64,000 nucleotides of DNA from an uncultured Micavibrio sp. Its GTDB lineage: Bacteria; Pseudomonadota; Alphaproteobacteria; Micavibrionales; UBA2020. Shown here piece by piece: positions 44,534 through 52,789 of the stretch (its first letter is position 1; every line of letters starts with the position of its first letter). Position numbers and translations under genes: made by a program. Location of the stretch: contig CAZHOE010000003.1 of assembly GCA_964534445.1 (NCBI GenBank), positions 469,563-533,562 on the forward strand, read 5' to 3'. The notes under the pieces were generated by a model. It saw nothing but the letters and a program-made list of their open reading frames with translations. It did no database searches and had not been told where the DNA came from.

Positions 44534-47350
44534 TTGCGCAAAGCGGCAGACTGGGTTGAACAATCGCTTTTCGCTATAATAAAGAATAGTTTAGCGAATC
44601 TTTGGAAGCAAAAAAGCGCAGTGTCGAAAGTTGATAAAACAGACATAGACGAGCAGATTGCAGCCAGTATTAAAAACTTCTCTATACTGGCGAAGGATGA
44701 GGCGTCACGTGAACGCCTTGTCATTGAAATGCCTGAGTTTATCCAAAAGAAAGCCGCATTGATCTCGGCGCACTTTCTGTTGCCTGCCGGATCGCGGATT
44801 GTCGACATGGCCTGCGAGACGGGAGAGGTCACGTACGCGCTTGCATTATTGAACCCGCGTACAGAAATTATCGGCATTGATCGCGATCACAAAGCAATCG
44901 AATTTGCCCGCAAGACATACCGCTTGCCCAACCTTTCCTTCCGCCAGACAGATATCGGTATTCCCGATCTGGAAGACGCCTCCGTGGACGGCATTATCAA
45001 TTCCAACGTGTTGCACCGGGTTTATTCGTCGGGCGGCTATAACGCGGATGAGGTTTTTAATTTGCTGGAAAAACAAATCCAGAAATTGAAAAACGGCGGC
45101 ACGATGCTGATCCGCGATTATATGCTGCCAAGTGACGACGAATACGTATTGCTCGAATTGCCGAACCTGCCAAGCCGCGGCAATGATCCGCGCAGTCTGT
45201 CGGATGCCGATTTACTGGTGCAGTTCTCCCAGACCGCGCGCCCGATGGTCACTGAATGCGAAGGCTTCTTTATAGAGGAGTTGATGCCGCGCCGCGAAGG
45301 CACGCGCTTGTTCCGCCTGCTGCACAAATGGGCGCTGGAATTCATTCACCGCAAAAACAGCCGCGCGAACTGGGAGCAGGAACTAAAAGACGAATATACT
45401 TTTGCCACGCATCAGGATTTCAAGCGCGAATTTGCGCGGCTGGGCATGCGGATGGTTTTCTCTGCGCCCTATTGGAACCCGTGGGTTGTTAAAAATTGCT
45501 TCAAAGGCCGTTTCCAGCTGTATAACGAAAGTTATACGCCGCTCGGGCCGCCAGCGACGAATTATTTCATCGTGTCGCAAAAGGTTGCCGACAAGCAAAG
45601 CCTGACGATTGAAGAGCGCCGCCCGTCGCAAAAACCTGTCGGTGATTTGCAGATCATGATCGTGCGGGATAAGAAGAGCGGTCATTTGCACGAGCTGGTC
45701 AAACGCCCCGGCGAATATTGCGATATCGTGCCCTACCGGATTACGCCCGATAACCGCTTGCTCATTTATGTGCGCAGCGGCTACCCGCGCCCGATTGTCA
45801 ACGCAGTCTCGCGCGGCTCGCATAACCTGGACGGCAAGAAATGGTCAGGGCACCTGATCGAGCCGATCACGATGGATACCGTCAATATGACGGACGATGT
45901 CGAAGAAAACCGTAAAATGATTTTCGACTACGTCACCGGTTACAGCACCCTGCGCCCGAAAACCGATGAAAGCTGGTATGTGGGCGAAACCTATTTCCCG
46001 TCGCCGGATCGTATTGACGAAGCGATTGAGCCTGTTTTTGTCGAAGTGGAAAACCCGCAGCGCACGACATGGAAGATTGCCGAGGATAAAGACGTTGCCT
46101 TTACCGAGATCGGTACGATTACAGAGCTGGATGCGTCTGACATTTTGCTGGCATCGCAGGTCGGCCTGCTGCCAGAGCCGCGTTTGGAGCTGCATGTCTT
46201 CGAGTTGATGTCGCGCTATAACATTCCGTTCCCCGGCTGGATCGGCGAGACTATGCCGCGTATGCCGGGGCAGGCTGTCAAGGTGCGCGATCCCGAGGAT
46301 CTGCTGGCCGAAGCTGAGCCTGCGGAGTTTGAGGAAGAGAAAAAAGGCGCCATTCAGCTAAAACCCGTGAAGGCGGTGTTTGTGGAGGAAGGCAAAGTCG
46401 GGCGCGGCACACGCGGCTTGTCGGCGCAGGACATTGAATTTATCGTGACCGATGACGGGATCGAAAATATCGCCGTCGTTATTCCCATCACGCGCGACTG
46501 GGATGATAACCTGCTCGTCGCGCTGGAGCCGAAAATCCTGCCCGTGCCAAACCGTCTGGGCGGCGACGGGGCGATGCTGAATGCGCCGAGTTTTGTGCTG
46601 CCCAAAGATATTCGCAACATTGACGAAGCCAAAATGTTCATCGCCAATAAATTCCGCGTACCCGTGGAACAAGTGGGCATGCTCGGCGAAAGCTATTTCA
46701 CACACACGGGCGTGACGCCGCAGCGGGTCTATCCTTTCTGCGTATCGTCTCCGCCGGAAGGCGGCGAAACGGCCAAATGGCAATATGCGCCGCTGAAACG
46801 TCTTTGGATGCTGGGCTTTTTCCAGCGGTTTAGTGGCCTGTTGCTAAAAGCGATTGCGCGTTTGCACCTGTCCATGGATGTGACGCATGACATGATGCTG
46901 CACAGAAGTCCTGTGAACCTGAAACATCAGGCAACAGAGCTCTCGACCGAAAAAACCGCCGTGGAGCGCAAAAACGCCGGTTATTCTGCCGTGCCTTCGC
47001 GCATTCTGGGGCAGCGTGGCGCTGCCGGCGGACCTGCCGCTGCGGCCAAACCCGAAGAACCGCTGTGGGAACCGCCGACGGCGGATCCTGAAGTGCTCGC
47101 CGACAGCATGGCCGCACAGGCGCTGATCGAAACCATCATGGCACCACGTGTGGGGCCGCGCCTGTCTGACAGCTATGCCATTGCCAAACGCTCGGGTCGG
47201 GACGAGCCGAAGATCAAAGTTACCGAAACACCGGGCGTGAAGGCCGTCGATAAGGATATCGACAGTGTGGCAAACCGTTTGAGAAAGCTGGAGCTGACAC
47301 CGCCCGCGCCTGTGCTGCCGGTTGACCCGAATAAAGGCGGCCGCCGCTAA
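44534..47350 (+). CDS. large multidomain protein: N-terminal class I methyltransferase + uncharacterised C-terminal two-thirds (possible tandem degenerate Nudix-like modules)
   Basis: 938-aa ORF (TTG at 44534; true start uncertain). Motif I IVDMACETGEV and post-II INSNVLHRV...GGTMLIRDY. Later there are two similar modules ending GETYFPSPDRIDEAIEPVFVEV and GESYFTHTGVTPQRVYPFCV. Pro/Ala-rich tail. Confidence 0.65.
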   Translation: MRKAADWVEQSLFAIIKNSLANLWKQKSAVSKVDKTDIDEQIAASIKNFSILAKDEASRERLVIEMPEFIQKKAALISAHFLLPAGSRIVDMACETGEVTYALALLNPRTEIIGIDRDHKAIEFARKTYRLPNLSFRQTDIGIPDLEDASVDGIINSNVLHRVYSSGGYNADEVFNLLEKQIQKLKNGGTMLIRDYMLPSDDEYVLLELPNLPSRGNDPRSLSDADLLVQFSQTARPMVTECEGFFIEELMPRREGTRLFRLLHKWALEFIHRKNSRANWEQELKDEYTFATHQDFKREFARLGMRMVFSAPYWNPWVVKNCFKGRFQLYNESYTPLGPPATNYFIVSQKVADKQSLTIEERRPSQKPVGDLQIMIVRDKKSGHLHELVKRPGEYCDIVPYRITPDNRLLIYVRSGYPRPIVNAVSRGSHNLDGKKWSGHLIEPITMDTVNMTDDVEENRKMIFDYVTGYSTLRPKTDESWYVGETYFPSPDRIDEAIEPVFVEVENPQRTTWKIAEDKDVAFTEIGTITELDASDILLASQVGLLPEPRLELHVFELMSRYNIPFPGWIGETMPRMPGQAVKVRDPEDLLAEAEPAEFEEEKKGAIQLKPVKAVFVEEGKVGRGTRGLSAQDIEFIVTDDGIENIAVVIPITRDWDDNLLVALEPKILPVPNRLGGDGAMLNAPSFVLPKDIRNIDEAKMFIANKFRVPVEQVGMLGESYFTHTGVTPQRVYPFCVSSPPEGGETAKWQYAPLKRLWMLGFFQRFSGLLLKAIARLHLSMDVTHDMMLHRSPVNLKHQATELSTEKTAVERKNAGYSAVPSRILGQRGAAGGPAAAAKPEEPLWEPPTADPEVLADSMAAQALIETIMAPRVGPRLSDSYAIAKRSGRDEPKIKVTETPGVKAVDKDIDSVANRLRKLELTPPAPVLPVDPNKGGRR

Positions 47351-47355
47351 TTATC

Positions 47356-48267
47356 ATGACCAGACCATCCGCAATCGAGGTATTTGACCGACAACTCCTG
47401 CGCATACGCCGCGACCGCGCGGCGATGGGCATTGGCGATTATGATTTTCTGCTGCGGGATGTCGCGGCGCGGCTGGTGGATCGCCTGTCGCTGGTCAAAC
47501 GCGATTTTCCGCGCGTGCTGGATCTTGGCGCGCATCACGGCCTGCTGGCCGATATACTGAAAACCCGCAACGGCACATCGGACGTTTTTGCAAGCGACAT
47601 GTCGCCCCGCTTCGCCGCGCAATCAAACGTGCCCAGCGTGGCAGCGGATGAGGAATTTTTGCCGTTTCAGGCCGATTGCATGGATGCGGTCATCAGCAAC
47701 CTGTCGCTGCAATGGGTGAATGATCTGCCGGGCGCTTTGCTGCAAATCCGTCATACCCTGAAACCGGATGGCCTGTTTCTTGCCGCTGTATTGGGCGGTG
47801 AAAGCCTGCGCGAGCTGCGTGAAAGCCTGATGCAGGCAGAACTTGCCGTGACAGGCGGGGCGAGCCCGCGTGTGTCACCCTTCATCGACATGCGTGATAT
47901 GGGCGGGCTGATGCAGCGCGCCGGTTTTGCATTGCCTGTGGTGGACAGCGATATGATCACCGTGGATTATCCGCATGCGCTGAAGCTGATGCAGGATTTG
48001 CGCGGCATGGGGGCGAGCAATGCGACACGCAACCGCCTGATGATCCCAACGCGGCGCGAAGTGCTGCTCGAAGCCGGAAAAATCTATCAGGAAAAATTCG
48101 GCAATATCACCGGCCGCGTACCGGCAACGTTCCAGATCATCTATGCCATCGGCTGGAAACCCCACGCAAGCCAGCAACAACCTCTCAAGCCCGGCAGTGC
48201 CGTCGTGCGACTTGCCGATGTGTTGAAATCCGAAGAAGTCAAAACGGACGACAAGGCTACGCCTTAA
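47356..48267 (+). CDS. class I SAM-dependent methyltransferase (BioC/NDUFAF5-like, conserved comF neighbour)
   Basis: VFDRQLLRIRRDRAA, VLDLGAHHG, and DAVISNLSLQWVNDLPGAL blocks. Confidence 0.8.
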   Translation: MTRPSAIEVFDRQLLRIRRDRAAMGIGDYDFLLRDVAARLVDRLSLVKRDFPRVLDLGAHHGLLADILKTRNGTSDVFASDMSPRFAAQSNVPSVAADEEFLPFQADCMDAVISNLSLQWVNDLPGALLQIRHTLKPDGLFLAAVLGGESLRELRESLMQAELAVTGGASPRVSPFIDMRDMGGLMQRAGFALPVVDSDMITVDYPHALKLMQDLRGMGASNATRNRLMIPTRREVLLEAGKIYQEKFGNITGRVPATFQIIYAIGWKPHASQQQPLKPGSAVVRLADVLKSEEVKTDDKATP

Positions 48268-48274
48268 GTATGTA

Positions 48275-48303
48275 TTGACATATTATGCTTTCAGGGCTAC
48301 TTT
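48275..48303 (+). promoter_or_regulatory. possible sigma70-like promoter (TTGACA-N17-TACTTT)
   Basis: Perfect -35 hexamer and a weak -10 hexamer, 45 nt upstream of the 48348 ATG. Confidence 0.3.
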
Positions 48304-48347
48304 GCCCCTATTCAAGTATCCGGACGTTTTTTTAAGGCAGGGCGCAG

Positions 48348-49004
48348 ATGGCACGTAGGCTTTCCGATGTTTTCAATACGGCAGATCAAGAGGGCCGCAC
48401 GCTGGCGGCGCGGCTGGACCAATTCATGGATGGATTGCCCGCTAAAATGGCGGCGCTGGCAAAGGCCGATCCATCGAAAGACATCATTCTTGCGCAAATC
48501 CCGCTGAATACCGCACGGGACAAGGCGCAGGCCGATGACATCATTGGTGCCTTTCAGCTTGCCTTCGTGGAAACATTCCCCGATATCGATTGCCACATCA
48601 TAGGCAGCAATTCCATTTGGGGCGATCATGTTTTTCTGAGCGTGATTACCAGCGAGAAAAGCCCGCTTGCGAAAATGCATGAAAATGGTTTCTTCCCCAA
48701 AGACGGCAATGCGTTTTTTGCGCAATTGCAAAAAGATATGTCGGAAGAAGCCTTACACGGCTATATTGCCTTACGCTCTTGCATGGATATGGTTCAGAGC
48801 GCCATAGTACAATGTCGTTTGAATGACACGGACCCTAACAAAATGGGACCCGTCACGTTTGAAGGCTGGGGGCCAAACCCTGCCGACTATCATGGCCGCT
48901 ATACTTTCTGGGATGTCGACCCCGCATGGCCGAAGCCCGAAGTGCTGCCAGAGTTCAAAGAAAAATTCGGCAACAGACAGGCACCCAAACCGCCAGCGGC
49001 TTAA
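48348..49004 (+). CDS. hypothetical protein (218 aa)
   Basis: Only long ORF in the interval. No signal peptide, TM helix or motif recognised. Confidence 0.5.
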   Translation: MARRLSDVFNTADQEGRTLAARLDQFMDGLPAKMAALAKADPSKDIILAQIPLNTARDKAQADDIIGAFQLAFVETFPDIDCHIIGSNSIWGDHVFLSVITSEKSPLAKMHENGFFPKDGNAFFAQLQKDMSEEALHGYIALRSCMDMVQSAIVQCRLNDTDPNKMGPVTFEGWGPNPADYHGRYTFWDVDPAWPKPEVLPEFKEKFGNRQAPKPPAA

Positions 49005-49010
49005 AAGATT

Positions 49011-49775
49011 CTATTTCTTCACCGCCGTCACAAAATAATTCACATCGAGATCATCTGCGCTGAGGGCGAAGGTGTTTGATAGCGGGTGGAAGATCAGGCC
49101 GCGCACATCGGTCAGCGTCAGGCCTGCCGCCGTCAGCGGCGCCGCGACTTCGGAGGGCTTCAGGAATTTTTTCCAGTCGTGCGTGCCCGCAGGCAGCCAG
49201 CGCAGGATATACTCCGCCGCCACAATGCCAAGCGCAAAGGATTTTGCCGTGCGGTTGAGCGTGGAGACAATCAGCATCCCGCCCGGTTTGACGAGCTGCG
49301 CACAGGACGACAGAAACAGCGGCACATCGGCCACATGCTCCACAATCTCGAGCGCGGTCACAATATCATATTGCTTGCCGCCAGCGGCAAGGTCTTCGGC
49401 CGTGGTGGTTTGGTAATCAATTTTTAACCCCTCGGCTTTGGCATGCGCTTTGGCGATGCGGATATTCTCCGCACCGGCATCCGCGCCCGTGACAATAAGC
49501 CCCATGCGGGCGAGGGGTTCGGCCACCAGCCCGCCGCCGCAACCGATATCCAGCGCCGTCAAACCCGCCAGCGCGCCGACTTTATCGGCCTCTTTGCCGA
49601 AGTGCGTGCAGGCCGTGCGCCGGATGTAATCCAGACGAGTCGGGTTCAAACGGTGCAAAGGCTTCATCGGCCCCGATTCATCCCACCATTTTTCACCCAG
49701 CTGTTCGAACTGTTGCAGGTCTTTTTCATCAATTGTGGAGGCAGATGAAAATTTTTTTTGTTTTTTGACGGCCAT
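49011..49775 (-). CDS. ubiG: ubiquinone biosynthesis O-methyltransferase UbiG
   Basis: WWDESGPMKPLHRLNPTRLDYI, LDIGCGGGLVAEPLARMG, and ALEIVEHVAD blocks. Confidence 0.9.
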   Translation of the reverse strand: MAVKKQKKFSSASTIDEKDLQQFEQLGEKWWDESGPMKPLHRLNPTRLDYIRRTACTHFGKEADKVGALAGLTALDIGCGGGLVAEPLARMGLIVTGADAGAENIRIAKAHAKAEGLKIDYQTTTAEDLAAGGKQYDIVTALEIVEHVADVPLFLSSCAQLVKPGGMLIVSTLNRTAKSFALGIVAAEYILRWLPAGTHDWKKFLKPSEVAAPLTAAGLTLTDVRGLIFHPLSNTFALSADDLDVNYFVTAVKK

Positions 49776-49852
49776 TTTTGCCTCCGGTGCTGAATTTTAT
49801 AGTTCTGACAATAAAGGCTTTTTTTTGCAAAGCAACCCTTCCTTAAGGCGGG

Positions 49853-49867
49853 TTAACGGCGGGTTAA
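49853..49867. promoter_or_regulatory. TTAA-N7-TTAA (TTAACGGCGGGTTAA) within a tandem GGCGGGTTAA direct repeat
   Basis: GGCGGGTTAA at 49847-49856 and at 49858-49867. Extra TTAA half-sites at 49843 and 49885. Lies in the ubiG / orphan-cluster divergent region. Confidence 0.3.
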
Positions 49868-49955
49868 TGCCATAATTCCTTTCCTTAATCTATTTTTCAT
49901 AGGTCAAACGTAGTCTCACTTCAGGGGTACTAAAAAACACTTGGGGGATACAGAG

Positions 49956-50606
49956 ATGAAATGGGGTTTCAATAAACAGGCCGGTAATAATAACGAAGCC
50001 ATCATCGCGGTCAGCGATCTGCGCGGTCAGGTTCAAAACCGCCTGCAAGATGCTTACAAGCGTCTGGACCCCAAAAACGCCTTCGGTCGCGCGTCCCAAG
50101 TCGGCGGCGAAGAGAGCATGATCGGCAGCCTGTTGTTCAGCATGCTGACCTGGACGCCCTTTATGGAAGGTCTGGAACTGGGGATGGAAGGCAGCCTTGG
50201 CGAGAACATCGAACTGTTTGATGCCGCTGTCGACCCGACCCTGTGCGCCGTATTTGACGGTGTGGCGCTGGCCTGGGATGAAAAAGCCAACAAAAACCGC
50301 CAGCGCAAGCTGAGCGATTATCCGGAAGGCCGCCGCAATGATCCGATCTTCGAGCGTCAGCTGGCACGCCCGTTCAATCTGGTTTCCGCGAATGACAACG
50401 TGCGCCTGAGCCGTGATACGCAAGCCGAAATCGCCTGCATGTCCGAAATGCTGGATATGTTGTCTGATCTGGAAGCCGACGGCGTCAGCATGCTGCGTTT
50501 GGATGCCCATACGCCGCTGCTGAGCGTTTTGACAGAACAACGCAACAGCAGCCGTTATGATGCGGTTGTGACCCGTTTCCATGCACCGGTACGCAAATCC
50601 GCGTAA
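49956..50606 (+). CDS. hypothetical protein (216 aa)
   Basis: ATG 8 nt after ggggga. No recognised domain, signal peptide or TM helix. Confidence 0.5.
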   Translation: MKWGFNKQAGNNNEAIIAVSDLRGQVQNRLQDAYKRLDPKNAFGRASQVGGEESMIGSLLFSMLTWTPFMEGLELGMEGSLGENIELFDAAVDPTLCAVFDGVALAWDEKANKNRQRKLSDYPEGRRNDPIFERQLARPFNLVSANDNVRLSRDTQAEIACMSEMLDMLSDLEADGVSMLRLDAHTPLLSVLTEQRNSSRYDAVVTRFHAPVRKSA

Positions 50607-50695
50607 TTTGCAGGAAAATGACACGAAAACAACATAGCCCCGTTTGCAATTCGCAAAGCCGCATGGCATGCTTTTAAGGCAAACAGGAAAGAGCT

Positions 50696-51547
50696 ATGGC
50701 GGATTTTGCAACATCACTTGTGCGTGAGAAAATCGTTTTTATCAACGATGTGGAGAAAGGCGCGCAAACGGCGCCGCCGCCCTCCGTGATCCGCAGTAAC
50801 CGCATTCTGCTGACATTGACCGGCGACAACGGCCCGACGGAGAAAGTTGTTATCCGCACACAGACGATGCCAAGCGCCTTGCGGCTTGCCAGCCGCGTCA
50901 TGTTCAGCTTCTACCGCAATGGCTTGTTGCTGCCGCGCACGGAGGCCTATGACTGGGATGTGCAATGGAACGGGTTGCTGTCGGATTTCGAGCGTACCTA
51001 TTATCCCGGCTTGTGGGCGGCGGTTTATATCAACGGCCAGTCGGTGTTTAAAACCCTGACATCGCCGTTTGTCGATATCGTGGAACAATGTGCCTTGCTG
51101 AACATTGATAATTACGATGCGACAATGAGTGTGACGGAGCAGGTGATGCGGCAGGTTGGCCGCGCCGTCAAGATCACGCATTCATCGAATGTCGCCGCAA
51201 TTATCACGGATGGTGTCGATACGCTACGTTGCGGCGTGATCCATCGTGCGAATGGCCGCGATAAAACATTCAATTTCACCGCAACGGGCGGACAGGAAGA
51301 ACACCGCGTGGTGCAAGGCTTGGGCGTTGCTGCGCATTTGCTGGAGGGCATTAACCTGCAGCGCGTTGTGCGCACCAGACAGGCAAAAATTCAATCCGGC
51401 GAAGCCGGGCGTGCCTCGCCGGAGGCAACGGAGCTACGCGCCGCAACCGCCAGACTGGTTGCCCTTGACAGGGCGATCAATTCTTTTGAAGATAGCTATG
51501 AAGTCAAATACAGGCCGCAAAAGCCTGATTTTTTTAGCAAAGATTAA
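50696..51547 (+). CDS. hypothetical protein (283 aa)
   Basis: aggaaagag SD. No recognised domain. The stop codon lies inside the first copy of the 12-bp tandem repeat. Confidence 0.55.
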   Translation: MADFATSLVREKIVFINDVEKGAQTAPPPSVIRSNRILLTLTGDNGPTEKVVIRTQTMPSALRLASRVMFSFYRNGLLLPRTEAYDWDVQWNGLLSDFERTYYPGLWAAVYINGQSVFKTLTSPFVDIVEQCALLNIDNYDATMSVTEQVMRQVGRAVKITHSSNVAAIITDGVDTLRCGVIHRANGRDKTFNFTATGGQEEHRVVQGLGVAAHLLEGINLQRVVRTRQAKIQSGEAGRASPEATELRAATARLVALDRAINSFEDSYEVKYRPQKPDFFSKD

Positions 51548-51584
51548 TGCAAAGATTAATGCAAAGATTAATGCAAAGATTAAT
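51537..51584. repeat. perfect tandem repeat, 4 x 12 bp (GCAAAGATTAAT), followed by ATTAAT + AAGGAG
   Basis: Read directly at 51537-51548, 51549-51560, 51561-51572 and 51573-51584. This gives five ATTAAT palindromes in 54 bp. Confidence 0.95.
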
Positions 51585-51604
51585 ATTAATAAGGAGTGCC
51601 GGAA

Positions 51605-52192
51605 ATGGATAACGATACAATGCAAAAGCTGGTGAAAATGATGCAGTCGGAAAATGATGCCGATGCGGTCATGGGCTTGCGCGGATTTCAGGCGCTCTTG
51701 AAGGGCGAAGAGGTCGATTTTGCCAAGGCCATTTCTTTTGTGGGCGAGAACATTTCTAATCTCAAGGAAAAGAAGCAGTTTTCTGCGGAAGCGCTGACGC
51801 AAGAGGCGCAGCCGCGTGCGAAACTGCAGGTATCGGGCATGCCCCAATGTGTGATTGCCCAGCCGGGTGTTTTGATGATTATTCCGCCGGGCAAGGAAAC
51901 AGGCGAAGCGGTGCCCTTGCCGGGCGCTGCCGCTGCTGCCTGTGATGATGTCGCCGCCGGTTTGAAAGACGTTCTGGTGGCCGCCGCCATCAACAAAAGC
52001 CGCTTCAAGCTGAAGGTGCTGGATATCAAAGACAAACACGGTGATGTGCAGGAAACCATTCTGCAGGCTGAATATGACCGCGACGGCATGTCGCCGATCA
52101 AAGTCTGGGGGAATGTGAAGGGCGAAGTAGCCGCCCTTGCCACCGTGCTGCGCCGTGCCGTGGCCAATAGCCTGCCAGATATGGTCGCTTGA
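51605..52192 (+). CDS. hypothetical protein (195 aa)
   Basis: aaggag SD 8 nt upstream of the ATG. N-terminal helical segment MQKLVKMMQSENDADAVMGLRGFQALL. No family assigned. Confidence 0.5.
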   Translation: MDNDTMQKLVKMMQSENDADAVMGLRGFQALLKGEEVDFAKAISFVGENISNLKEKKQFSAEALTQEAQPRAKLQVSGMPQCVIAQPGVLMIIPPGKETGEAVPLPGAAAAACDDVAAGLKDVLVAAAINKSRFKLKVLDIKDKHGDVQETILQAEYDRDGMSPIKVWGNVKGEVAALATVLRRAVANSLPDMVA

Positions 52193-52357
52193 TCGCTATC
52201 GGTACTTAAGTACGCACCTTGAAATTATATAACTTTTGATTGATATATTGTTTTATCGTTTGATGAAAAATGCCTTTTGAGGCGCGTTTTTCTTTTCCAT
52301 GGCTATGAAAAAGGCGTAGTCTTTTTTATATACGTAAAAAAGAGGGGCAGGTGGGCT

Positions 52358-52789
52358 ATGCGCCAGAGCAAAAACACACAAGCAGAAAAACCGGAAAAGC
52401 TGGTCGATTTTGACGAGCTGCGTGATCGTGAATGGAAACTGCGGGAAAAAGAATTCAGCTGGACGGAAAAACTTTTTGAAGCCTTTGTCGATTTTCCGCA
52501 TAAGGCCTGGCTGTTTGTGCGCCGTGGCATTGCGGAGGGGATAGATCTTTTGCGCGGGCGCGATACCGAAGATAAAAATGCCGCCGCGTACGAAGATAAA
52601 TTTTCTGCCCGCCTTTTTATGAACCGGGCAATGATGGAAGACGATATATCCTATAACTTGCGACATGGTTTAAGACATAGCTTTCAGCAAAAAGCCGCCG
52701 ATACGCGCCGCCGTGCTTTTGATGAATGTCAGGATTTTGGTTTCCTGATGCAGACGGGGCAGTTACGCCAATTGCGCCCCAATCCTTAA
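52358..52789 (+). CDS. hypothetical protein (143 aa)
   Basis: ATG after agaggggcaggtgggct. Charged helical protein with no family recognised. The stop overlaps the convergent O-methyltransferase stop. Confidence 0.4.
   Translation: MRQSKNTQAEKPEKLVDFDELRDREWKLREKEFSWTEKLFEAFVDFPHKAWLFVRRGIAEGIDLLRGRDTEDKNAAAYEDKFSARLFMNRAMMEDDISYNLRHGLRHSFQQKAADTRRRAFDECQDFGFLMQTGQLRQLRPNP

Noticed and set aside
51246-51635. 129-aa ORF containing KINAKINAKINAKIN
   Set aside because: The peptide repeat is just the 12-bp DNA tandem repeat read in another frame. The ORF overlaps the better-supported 50696-51547 gene and crosses the SD of the next gene.
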